Source of the DNA: Candidatus Methylomirabilis sp.
GTDB taxonomy: Bacteria > Methylomirabilota > Methylomirabilia > Methylomirabilales > Methylomirabilaceae
NCBI GenBank assembly: GCA_041498975.1
Contig: JBGQJI010000019.1
Coordinates: 1-28,443 of the forward strand
Length of the DNA stretch: 28,443 nt
Reading direction: 5' to 3'
Shown piece after piece: positions 17,831 through 25,909 of this stretch (its first letter is position 1; each line of letters begins with the position of its first letter). The notes beneath the pieces are model-generated. The model was given only the letters and a program-made list of their open reading frames with translations, searched no databases and had not been told where the DNA came from. Position numbers and translations under genes: made by a program.

Positions 17831-18373
17831 CCACCTTGCTAGTACTCCTGTTTATCCCCCCCGATAGAGTTGTTGAGGAAAGCCATTTCCACTGCGACGT
17901 TAATCCCTCCACCAACTGCCGAACATCCTACGCGTCCACCGAAGGTTTCCTTCTTCGTGAAGGATGCGGTGGGGCTCTTCTGACAATCGGCACCTCGATC
18001 ATAGCTGGTGCGTCACGGCTGTGCACGCCGCACATTCAGGAGGTGGAAAAGTGCCGCGATAGGAGAATACGGCGCGCCGCATGCTCTTAACCCCCCTTTA
18101 TGATGTTGACGATCACACCGCTACACGCACCTCGCATCCGGGCCGGCATTACTCTGAAGCCCTGCTAGATTTATCAGCATAACTAATAATAAGTGGTCGT
18201 AAGATAAGCAATTCCCCGATCATCTGAAATGACATATTTGTAGGGATCAGTCATTCCAGTCAGTATTGATGCATCCACCCCTCAACCTCTGGACGCCCCG
18301 GTCCATCCTAACTCTTCACATCTACAAGGCATCTCAAGCCGGTTCGCCGCTGCTCCTTTTTTCTCAGAGGCAG

Positions 18374-18390
18374 TTGGCCCGCATCTTGAT
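18374..18390 (+). promoter_or_regulatory. Candidate sigma54 (-24/-12) promoter for nirA
   Basis: TTGGCccgcatcTTGAT (GG-N10-GA variant) 130 bp upstream of nirA, preceded by an AT-rich tract. Confidence 0.45.
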
Positions 18391-18456
18391 ATCCCAGAGC
18401 GCTGACGACTCATTGTTATCCGGTCTACCCCGCGGGTAAGAAGCTGTTAGCAATCG

Positions 18457-18500
18457 GGCCAAGGCGCCGTAGGAACACGTGCCCTGCGACGCGTTTCTGT
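18457..18500 (+). promoter_or_regulatory. Candidate ANTAR-type hairpin overlapping a leader terminator
   Basis: GGC-CAAGGC-GCC (3-bp stem, 6-nt loop, G at loop position 4) overlaps the 5' arm of stem GCGCCGTAGG/CCTGCGACGC followed by GTTTCTGT. Confidence 0.4.
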
Positions 18501-18519
18501 GCGAATTCGGGAGAGCGCG

Positions 18520-20379
18520 ATGAACAAGATCGAGGAATACAAGCAGGAGAAAGATGGGCTGGATGTCCGCCAGGACGTCGAGACCTTTGCCCGGGAGGGC
18601 TGGGAGGCGATCTCCGAAGGGGATCGGGAGAGGCTCAAGTGGGTGGGGGTCTTCTTCCGGCGCCAGACCCCCGGCCACTTCATGATGCGCATCCGGATCC
18701 CCAACGGGATCAGTAATGCGGTCCAGCTCCGCACCATCGGAGAGGTCAGTCGAGAGTTCGGCAAGGGGTTTGCCGACATTACTACCCGGCAGCAGATCCA
18801 GCTTCGGTGGTTCAAGATTGAACACGTCCCTGAGATCTGGGAGCGACTCGTGGCGGCAGGGCTCATCACCCTCCAGACCGGTATGGATAATATCCGGAAC
18901 GTGATCGGGTGTCCCGTGGCCGGGCTGACCCCCAATGAGCTCTTCGATGCCTCCTCCGTGGTGCAACAATTCACGCAGACGGTCGTGGGCAATCAGGCCT
19001 ATACCAACCTTCCCAGGAAGTTCAACGTCGCCATCACCGGTTGCAAGGAGAACTGCACGCACGCCGAATCGCAGGACATCGCCCTCACCCCGGCGACGAA
19101 AGAGTTCTCCGGCGAAGAGGCCAGAGGCTTCAATGTCGCTGTGGGCGGAAAGATGGGCTCCGGGGGATACCGGATCGCGACCCCCCTTGATCTCTTTGTG
19201 ACGCCTGCCGAAGCCGCTGAGATCTGTAGCCACATCACGCTGATCTTTCGCGATCATGGCTCGCGTGAGGCGCGGACCAGGGCTAGGCTGGCCTTCCTGA
19301 TTGAGGATTGGGGCGTGGAAAAGTTTCGGGAGGTCCTGGAGGAGCGCATGGGCCATCGGCTCCCCTCAGGCGGCCGGGACGCCAGGGAGACACACAAGAG
19401 GACCGACCACATCGGCATCTTCCGCCAGAAACAGGAGGGGCTCAACTATGTGGGGCTGACGGTCCCGGTGGGACGGATCACGACCGATCAGTTGCTCGAA
19501 GCAGCCCGCTTGGCGGAGGTCTACGGGAGAGGCGAGGTCCGGATCACGACGGGCCAGAACCTGATCATTCCGAACGTCCCCGAACGAAAGCTGGGGGACC
19601 TAACGGAGGAGCCCCTCCTGCGTGAGCTCCGGTACGATCCCTCGGAGATCATGCGGGGGCTGGTCAGTTGCACCGGGATAGACTACTGCCACTTCGCCCT
19701 GATCGAGACCAAGGAGAAGGCCCTGAAGACCGCGCGGTATCTGGAGCAGAAGTTGCCCAACAAGAAGCCGGTCACGATGCACTGGTCTGGCTGTCCCGCC
19801 GGATGCGGCAACCACGCGGTGGCGGACGTTGGCCTGTTAGGAAGGACCGTGAAGATCGAGGGGAAGATCGTGGACGCAGTAGACGTCTTTGTGGGAGGGA
19901 CGGCTGGCCCAGACTCGAATCCGGCCATCAAGCTCCTGGAGGGCGTCCCCTGCGATGATCTCCCCCAGGTCCTCGAGGGGCTGATCCGCCACGGCGCATT
20001 CAAGACAATGAGGCAGCAGCTTCGGACGGCCCTGAATCAGGCTCCGCCTCGCCCCGCCCTCCCGCCTAAAGAGGCGCCAGACGACAAGCCCTTCATCCGG
20101 CCGGCAGAGGTCGGGGAGGGGACGGGGAAACCGTTGCGGGTGAACGGCACGGAGGTGGCCGTCTTTAAGTGCGCGGGCCAGCTCTATGCGCTTGAGAACC
20201 GCTGTCCCCATGAAGGGGCCGCCCTTGCCGGCGGGCTGGTGGAGGGTGAGGAGGTCCTCTGCCCGCTCCATGCCTATCGCTTCCAGCTCAAGACGGGCGC
20301 CTGCTCGACGGATGCAGCCTTGCGGGCGAGGACCTTTCGAATGGTGCCAGACGGTGAGGGCTTCACGGTGCAGGAGTAG
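18520..20379 (+). CDS. nirA: Ferredoxin-nitrite reductase with C-terminal Rieske [2Fe-2S] domain
   Basis: FMMRIRIPNG, ITTRQQIQ, NLPRKFNVAITGC; siroheme/4Fe-4S ligands CTGIDYC and SGCPAGC; Pro-rich linker; Rieske motifs CPHEG and CPLH; adjacent FNT and cobA genes. Confidence 0.88.
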   Translation: MNKIEEYKQEKDGLDVRQDVETFAREGWEAISEGDRERLKWVGVFFRRQTPGHFMMRIRIPNGISNAVQLRTIGEVSREFGKGFADITTRQQIQLRWFKIEHVPEIWERLVAAGLITLQTGMDNIRNVIGCPVAGLTPNELFDASSVVQQFTQTVVGNQAYTNLPRKFNVAITGCKENCTHAESQDIALTPATKEFSGEEARGFNVAVGGKMGSGGYRIATPLDLFVTPAEAAEICSHITLIFRDHGSREARTRARLAFLIEDWGVEKFREVLEERMGHRLPSGGRDARETHKRTDHIGIFRQKQEGLNYVGLTVPVGRITTDQLLEAARLAEVYGRGEVRITTGQNLIIPNVPERKLGDLTEEPLLRELRYDPSEIMRGLVSCTGIDYCHFALIETKEKALKTARYLEQKLPNKKPVTMHWSGCPAGCGNHAVADVGLLGRTVKIEGKIVDAVDVFVGGTAGPDSNPAIKLLEGVPCDDLPQVLEGLIRHGAFKTMRQQLRTALNQAPPRPALPPKEAPDDKPFIRPAEVGEGTGKPLRVNGTEVAVFKCAGQLYALENRCPHEGAALAGGLVEGEEVLCPLHAYRFQLKTGACSTDAALRARTFRMVPDGEGFTVQE

Positions 20380-20425
20380 AAGGGAGAAGGAAAGCCACGT
20401 TAACCAGCACAACGGAGGGAAGACA

Positions 20426-21259
20426 ATGCCATACGTCAAGCCGGAGGCCGTAGTAGACAACATGGTCCACGCCGGAACCAGCAAAGCGACACTCCCCATC
20501 CAGGATCTGCTGGTCCGGGGGTTTCTCTCGGGGGCCTTGCTCGGGTTCGCGACGTCATTAGCCCTCACCGCAACGATCCAGACGCGCATCGGGATTGTCG
20601 GGGCCCTCATCTTTCCTGTCGGCTTTGTGATGATCGTCCTCCTCGGTCTGGAGCTGGTGACGGGAAACTTTGCGCTCGTCCCCTTGGCGCTTCGGGAGGG
20701 ACGGATCACCGGAGGCGACCTCTTGGCCAACTGGGGCTGGGTCTTCCTCGGCAACCTACTCGGAGGGATGTTCTACGCGGTCCTGTTTACCCTCACGCTC
20801 TCCCCGGATTCCGAGATGGTGAAGCAGCTCATGGCCATCGCAGAGGCCAAGACAATCGGCTATGCCAAACTGGGATCCCATGGGGTGCTGGTCGCCGTGA
20901 GCAAGGCAATCCTCTGTAACTGGATGGTCACGCTGGGAGTCGTCATGGCCCTGACCTCCCAATCCACCATCGGGAAAATCGCCGCGATGTGGCTGCCCAT
21001 CCTTACCTTCTTCGCGCAAGGCTTTGAGCATTCGGTCGTGAACATGTTCGTGATTCCAGCCGGGATGATCGTGGGAGCCCACGTCTCCGTTCGGGAATGG
21101 TGGCTGTGGAACCAGATCCCCGTGACACTCGGTAACGTCATAGGGGGCCTCGTCTTCACGGGGTTGGCCCTCCACCTGACCTACAGAAAAGGGCTGGGAT
21201 CGGCCCAAGAGCGGAGCATTCCCGCGGCGGTTCGGCAAAACGTTGCGGTCGAGCGATGA
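20426..21259 (+). CDS. Formate/nitrite transporter (FNT, NirC-like)
   Basis: FPVG, LELVTGN, GNLLGG, KAILCNWMV, GFEHSVVNM and VTLGNVIGG motifs; GGAGG SD. Confidence 0.93.
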   Translation: MPYVKPEAVVDNMVHAGTSKATLPIQDLLVRGFLSGALLGFATSLALTATIQTRIGIVGALIFPVGFVMIVLLGLELVTGNFALVPLALREGRITGGDLLANWGWVFLGNLLGGMFYAVLFTLTLSPDSEMVKQLMAIAEAKTIGYAKLGSHGVLVAVSKAILCNWMVTLGVVMALTSQSTIGKIAAMWLPILTFFAQGFEHSVVNMFVIPAGMIVGAHVSVREWWLWNQIPVTLGNVIGGLVFTGLALHLTYRKGLGSAQERSIPAAVRQNVAVER

Positions 21260-21383
21260 GCGCCAATTCCCAGAGATTGAGGCGTGGAGCAGCTTCTGGA
21301 TGGGAGGGGCGACGTCCCCACTCATGGCTGAGGGCACGCGCGCAGGTCAAGGCCAGCCTCCTGGCCCCGCTCCCGGCTACGCT

Positions 21384-22277
21384 ATGCCTGGAGGAATAGT
21401 ATATCTTGTCGGGGCAGGCCCCGGTGATCCGGGCCTTCTGACGGTCCGTGGCCTGGAGCTCTTGCGGCAGGCAGAGGTGGTCGTCTATGACCGCTTGGTC
21501 AACCGGATTCTCCTCGACGAGGTGCCGCCGCAAGCGCTCCGCATCGCGGCGGGCAAGCTCCCTGGCCACCACAGCCTCCCCCAGGAGCAGATCAACACGG
21601 TCCTCATTGCCCAAGCCCGCCGGGGCCGCCGCGTCGTCAGACTGAAGGGAGGCGATCCCTTCGTCTTCGGCCGCGGCGGCGAGGAGGCCGAGGCACTTGC
21701 CGAGGCGGGGGTCCCCTTTGAGGTCGTCCCTGGGGTCAGCTCTGCCGTGGCGGTCCCAGCCTTTGCCGGCATCCCGCTCACTCACCGCAGATTCTCTTCC
21801 TCCTTTGCCGTTATCACCGGACACGAGGAGGTCTGCAAGGGGAGGTCCCCCATGGCCTGGGGACGGCTGGCGACGGCGGTGGACACGCTGGTGATCCTGA
21901 TGGGCCTCAAGACTCTCCCCTCGGTAGTGGCCGAACTCCTGGCCCACGGTCGGGCACCCCAGACCCCAGTGGCCCTTATCCGCTGGGGAACGACAGCGGC
22001 CCAGGAAACGGTCACCGGCACTCTGGCCGACATCGCCGGGAAAGCGCAGGCGGCCGAGCTTGAGCCCCCTGTGGTAGCCGTCATCGGGGCCGTGGTTGCC
22101 CTCAGAGACCGGCTCAACTGGTTTGAAGATCCTGCCGAGACCGGCAGGACAGAGCTTGCGCTTCCACTGAGTGGTGAACGAAACGGACCTCGAAACGCTC
22201 GGGGCTCGTGCACGGTCGCCCCTGGAGCGGGCAGGATAAGGGCTCCAGTGCAACCCGCCCTGTCAGCACAACGGTGA
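21384..22277 (+). CDS. cobA: Uroporphyrinogen-III C-methyltransferase (siroheme synthesis)
   Basis: VYLVGAGPGDPGLLT, VVYDRLV, VVRLKGGDPFVFGRGGEE, VVPGVSS and GIPLTHR motifs. Start is 21324 or 21384. Confidence 0.93.
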   Translation: MPGGIVYLVGAGPGDPGLLTVRGLELLRQAEVVVYDRLVNRILLDEVPPQALRIAAGKLPGHHSLPQEQINTVLIAQARRGRRVVRLKGGDPFVFGRGGEEAEALAEAGVPFEVVPGVSSAVAVPAFAGIPLTHRRFSSSFAVITGHEEVCKGRSPMAWGRLATAVDTLVILMGLKTLPSVVAELLAHGRAPQTPVALIRWGTTAAQETVTGTLADIAGKAQAAELEPPVVAVIGAVVALRDRLNWFEDPAETGRTELALPLSGERNGPRNARGSCTVAPGAGRIRAPVQPALSAQR

Positions 22278-22364
22278 AAGGTCCCGCCCAGCCCGAGAAG
22301 ATATGAACAAGATCCCCTTGTGGACGCCATCCGAGCCTGCACTCCTTCAAGCCTGACCAGCAGA

Positions 22365-22991
22365 TCACGCCCGGGCGTGTTTGATCTCGAGGTTAGGCAT
22401 CCCCCAGCACTGATGGCCCATGTCCTTGGCCATGATCCCCAGGCCTTCCGTATCCAGTTCCCCCCGACCCGGCCTGGCCGATGAACTCGACCGCCCATGC
22501 GGAAAGGGTGGGAAGACCAATCCATCCCGATGAATGTCCGCTCTGATCAAGAGCATCGTGCCGCCGACCGCATCAGCATCAAGCTTGACCAGGTCTCCCT
22601 CGTGCCGCAGGGCATCCATGTGGACCCTGGCGTGGTCTCGCCACGCATTCGTGTCGAACGTCTTGCCGCCGTAGTCGAGCACGCAGTGCGGGTGCACGAT
22701 CTGCTTCCCGGTGTCCAAAAGTCTCTCGATGATATCCGGCGGGTATTCGATGACGTCCACGTCGAGCCATAAGACCCAGTCCTCGTCGTCCAATGCATGG
22801 AACAGGAGATGGTTGCGGCTCTTCGCCAGGACGGACCTCCGCATCAACTGGACCTGTGGCGCCCCACGGTGGGTTCCTGGTCGAATCCGGTAGCCGAAGT
22901 CCTTCTTCCATAACCCGACCCGCCTGAACCGCCTCTCCAGTTCCGGGAGCGTCTTGTCGAGCTCAGAGAAGGTATCAGCACACAGAAACAC
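22365..22991 (-). pseudogene. Anp1/Mnn9-like (GT62) glycosyltransferase, apparently 5'-truncated
   Basis: RRSVLAKSRNHLL, WVLWLDVDV (DxD), FDTNAW, AVGGTMLLIRADIHRDGLVFP, DTEGLGIMA and PNLEIKH motifs; N-terminal strand region and SD are absent. Confidence 0.7.
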
Positions 22992-23127
22992 GCGCCACCC
23001 GCTTCGGCCCCCTCCGTTTGAACCTCTGGTGATATCCTTTGTCTAAGGGGTTAAACGCCCGATCCCCTTTCACCCAATCATCCCTATGCGGGGAGACATA
23101 CCCGCGGCTGCTGCAAGGAGGTCGATC

Positions 23128-24318
23128 GTGAAGAACCGCCGGTGGCTTCTGTGTGCCCTGCTCCTCGTTGCCCTTTCCCCCTTTGTCCCTCTTCGCACAC
23201 TAACGGCCCAGCTTGCGCCCCAATTCGGCGATCCGCTTCCCGACCTCGCGCCGGACGGCCTCGGGCTGGCGTTTCATTTCGGCAAGGAGAAGTTCATGCA
23301 GGTGCAGACGCCGGAGACCGGCCTGGGGCCCGTCTACAACGGGAAGAGCTGTGTGGAATGTCACTCCAACCCGGTCCCTGGTGGATCGGGAGCTTCCTTG
23401 GAGAATCGGGTGATCCGGTTCGCCAAGCAAGTGCAGGGGGAACCGTTCGATCCTCTGTTGAACCTCGGCGGGCCGAATCTGCAGAAATCCAGCGTAGCGG
23501 ATGAATTGCCGGGCTGCTCTCTCGCCGCCGAGGTGGTGCCGCCGGAGGCGAACGTGACCGGGATTCGCCAGCCGCCGCAACTGTTCGGCCTTGGCCTGAT
23601 CGAAGCGATCCCCGATTCCACGATCCTCACCAATGCCGATCCGACGGACGCGAACGGCGATGGGATCGCCGGGAGGCCCAACATCAGCAATGGGGTGCTC
23701 GGACGGTTCGGCTGGAAGGCGGCCGTTCCGACCCTTCTGAATTTCATCGGCCTCGCGATGGTGAACGAGCTGGGGGTGACGAACTACCTCTTCCCGAATG
23801 AGATGCTCCCACAGGGGCAGCCGATCCCCACCGGATGCAAGATCACGGGCGATCCCGAAGACGTAGGCGCCCCGCGCCTCTCCGGCTTGCTGTTCTTTAC
23901 CACATACCTCGGCCCGCCGCCTCGCGGGCCGATCACCGACGCCGTCCTCCGTGGCGAAGCGGTTTTCACGCAGATCGCCTGCACCCACTGTCATACCCCG
24001 TCGATGAAGACCGGGCCCAACGCGATCGAGGCGCTGAACGAGAAGGATGTCCCGCTGTACTCCGACCTGCTGACCCACTATATGGGCGGGGCGCTTGACG
24101 ATCATCTCATCGAAGGGGCCGTGGGCGGCGGGCGATGGCGCACGGCGCCGCTCTGGGGCCTGCGTGCCAGGAAATTCTTCCTCCACGACGGCCGGACCTC
24201 GGAGTTGGCTGCCGCGATCGGGCTGCACGGGGGAGAGGCGAGCGGCGTCCGGGCCCAGTTTGTTGCCCTCCCGCCTAACCAGAAGGCGGACCTTATCGTC
24301 TTCTTGCGATCGCTGTAG
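23128..24318 (+). CDS. Exported di-heme oxidoreductase (DHOR family) protein
   Basis: Signal peptide; GLGPVYNGKSCVECH, LFGLGLIEAI, GRFGWKA, CTHCH, YSDLLTH, WRTAPLWG, LHDGR and HGGEA motifs; AAGGAGG SD before GTG. Confidence 0.9.
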   Translation: MKNRRWLLCALLLVALSPFVPLRTLTAQLAPQFGDPLPDLAPDGLGLAFHFGKEKFMQVQTPETGLGPVYNGKSCVECHSNPVPGGSGASLENRVIRFAKQVQGEPFDPLLNLGGPNLQKSSVADELPGCSLAAEVVPPEANVTGIRQPPQLFGLGLIEAIPDSTILTNADPTDANGDGIAGRPNISNGVLGRFGWKAAVPTLLNFIGLAMVNELGVTNYLFPNEMLPQGQPIPTGCKITGDPEDVGAPRLSGLLFFTTYLGPPPRGPITDAVLRGEAVFTQIACTHCHTPSMKTGPNAIEALNEKDVPLYSDLLTHYMGGALDDHLIEGAVGGGRWRTAPLWGLRARKFFLHDGRTSELAAAIGLHGGEASGVRAQFVALPPNQKADLIVFLRSL

Positions 24319-24416
24319 CCTACGTGGACGGGACGAGAGACCCGGGAAAGGAGGTGATCGCCGCCTGAGTTGAAAGATCATGTGACCTTCGCGTAAGGAA
24401 ACTCGACAGGATGGAA

Positions 24417-24448
24417 GAGCGGGGGCCTTCGGCCCCCGCTCCTTTATT
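24417..24448 (+). terminator. Rho-independent terminator
   Basis: Perfect 11-bp stem GAGCGGGGGCC-TTC-GGCCCCCGCTC followed by CTTTATT. Confidence 0.75.
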
Positions 24449-24623
24449 CCGTCCTCCACCCGCCTGGTGCATCTCTCCAATTTGGACGCGAGTGTACCGG
24501 GATACTCGTTGACTTTCATGGGAGGATGTGGCATTTTGGCTTTGTGAGGGGTGTCGATAGGGCTCCGACTAGCCAGTGCGCTTTCGGCGACTCTCGGATT
24601 CTGAGCGGTCTATGAACCGGTTC

Positions 24624-24668
24624 AATGCCCTCCAAGCCTCAATTCGGCCTGGGAGGGCATTGTTTTTC
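24624..24668 (+). terminator. Terminator-like hairpin upstream of the GlcG/HbpS gene
   Basis: AATGCCCTCC...GGAGGGCATT stem followed by GTTTTTC. Confidence 0.5.
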
Positions 24669-24887
24669 GTGGGGAGCATGGGTAAACTGGCTTGTCGTTG
24701 AGCTGCCTACCAGGTAGCGATGCACCGATTTCGTGCGAATGCCGTCGGGGAAGTGGAGAGGAGGTGACGGGGTATAGGCTGAAGTTCAGCAGAGCGTTCC
24801 GAGTATCCACGGCCGATGGGACGGCCGTTAGATGTCACATTGATAACCTCTAACCGGGGTTATGGCGAACTCCAACCGAAGGAGGGA

Positions 24888-25433
24888 ATGCAGATGAGAG
24901 GGTTCTCGAAGGTGATTGCGGCTATCCTCACCATCCTCGGCACGTCGATCTCGATCGTCGAATTCACGCCTAACACCGCGTTAGCTGCTGACATCACTCT
25001 CGCGCAGGCTATCAACGTGTTCCTGGCCGCTCAGGCCCGGGCCACCGCGATCGGCGTCCCGATGGATATCGCGATCGTCGATAGGGGCGGCAGGCTGAGG
25101 GTCTTCGGCAGGATGGACGGAGCCTGGATCGGGAGCATTGACATCGCCCAGGCGAAGGCGTTTACGGCCACCGCCTTCTGCAATGATTTCGCCACGCCGG
25201 CCTGTGTGAATACTTCGCAGTTGCAGTCGCTGGTGCAGCCCGGCGGGCCACTCTTCGGGTTACAGGCCACCAACCGCAAAGACGGTATTGTGGCGTTTCC
25301 CGGTGGCATGACCCTCTGCGCGGGACTCACCCCGATCGGTGCCCTCGGCGTGAGCGGTGGGGCGGTCACCCAGGATCAAGATGTCGCCTCGACGGCTGCG
25401 GACGCGACGGGGTTCACCTGCCAAGGCCAATAG
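24888..25433 (+). CDS. Secreted GlcG/HbpS-family heme-binding protein
   Basis: Signal peptide ending ALA; IAIVDRGG, RMDGA, SIDIAQAKAFTA, GALGVSGG and QDQDVA motifs; AAGGAGG SD. Confidence 0.88.
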   Translation: MQMRGFSKVIAAILTILGTSISIVEFTPNTALAADITLAQAINVFLAAQARATAIGVPMDIAIVDRGGRLRVFGRMDGAWIGSIDIAQAKAFTATAFCNDFATPACVNTSQLQSLVQPGGPLFGLQATNRKDGIVAFPGGMTLCAGLTPIGALGVSGGAVTQDQDVASTAADATGFTCQGQ

Positions 25434-25463
25434 ACCTGGGCAATAACAGCTCTTCGAACCACG

Positions 25464-25498
25464 GGCAGGGGGCCGGGGCCCCCTGCCTTTCTTCTTTC
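25464..25498 (+). terminator. Rho-independent terminator
   Basis: GGCAGGGGGC-CGGG-GCCCCCTGCC followed by TTTCTTCTTT. Confidence 0.8.
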
Positions 25499-25570
25499 AG
25501 GAGGATTCTCGCGGCGAGAATCCGTCTCCTCAGCGGCGCAAGACCGTGGTTCGCGACACGGAGAATCCCC

Positions 25571-25599
25571 TTGACAACGGTGGCAGCGTGGGATAGAAG
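25571..25599 (+). promoter_or_regulatory. Candidate sigma70 promoter
   Basis: TTGACA-N17-TAGAAG upstream of the cytochrome remnant and ALDH gene. Confidence 0.4.
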
Positions 25600-25650
25600 G
25601 GTTTTTGTGGGGCCCCTGAATCGCCCGCAGGGTACTGCTACAAGGTGCCA

Positions 25651-25823
25651 CATCTGACCGTTCACACCAACACCCCCTACATCGTGATGCAACCGCATGG
25701 GGACGCGAAACAACGGCAGGCCGTGGTCACAAGATGATCAAGGTCAACGGCGCGCCGATCAGTTGGCAGGATGCGAAGACGATCGTAGAGTACCTGGCCT
25801 CGGCCTACGGCCCGACCCGCTAG
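25651..25823 (+). pseudogene. SorB-like monoheme cytochrome c remnant
   Basis: HLTVHTNTPYIVMQPHGDAKQRQAVVT, then a -1 frameshift to KMIKVNGAPISWQDAKTIVEYLASAYG*; the CxxCH motif is eroded. Not in the ORF track. Confidence 0.65.
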
Positions 25824-25909
25824 GCTGAAGGCCGGAGAAGGGCGCACCGGTTTTGGACATGGCACTGGCCGGCGCTCGAACGGCCGGCACTAGGACAGGA
25901 GGGAAAAAG

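Noticed and set aside
24361..24410. Hammerhead ribozyme-like CTGA...GAAAC string
   Set aside because: The CUGAnGA core and stem arrangement do not fit.
23200..24534. 444-aa minus-strand ORF, and similar long antisense ORFs (12331-13479, 4484-5413, 18364-19356, 9246-10130)
   Set aside because: Shadow ORFs opposite well-supported genes in high-GC DNA, with no recognisable motifs.
25698..25706. TGGGGACGC match to the tRNA-Glu 3' end as a possible attR
   Set aside because: Only 9 bp, expected by chance, and lies within the cytochrome remnant.
25883..25893. GCCGGCACTAG resembling a MITE right end
   Set aside because: No matching left TIR about 102 bp upstream, and the match is short.
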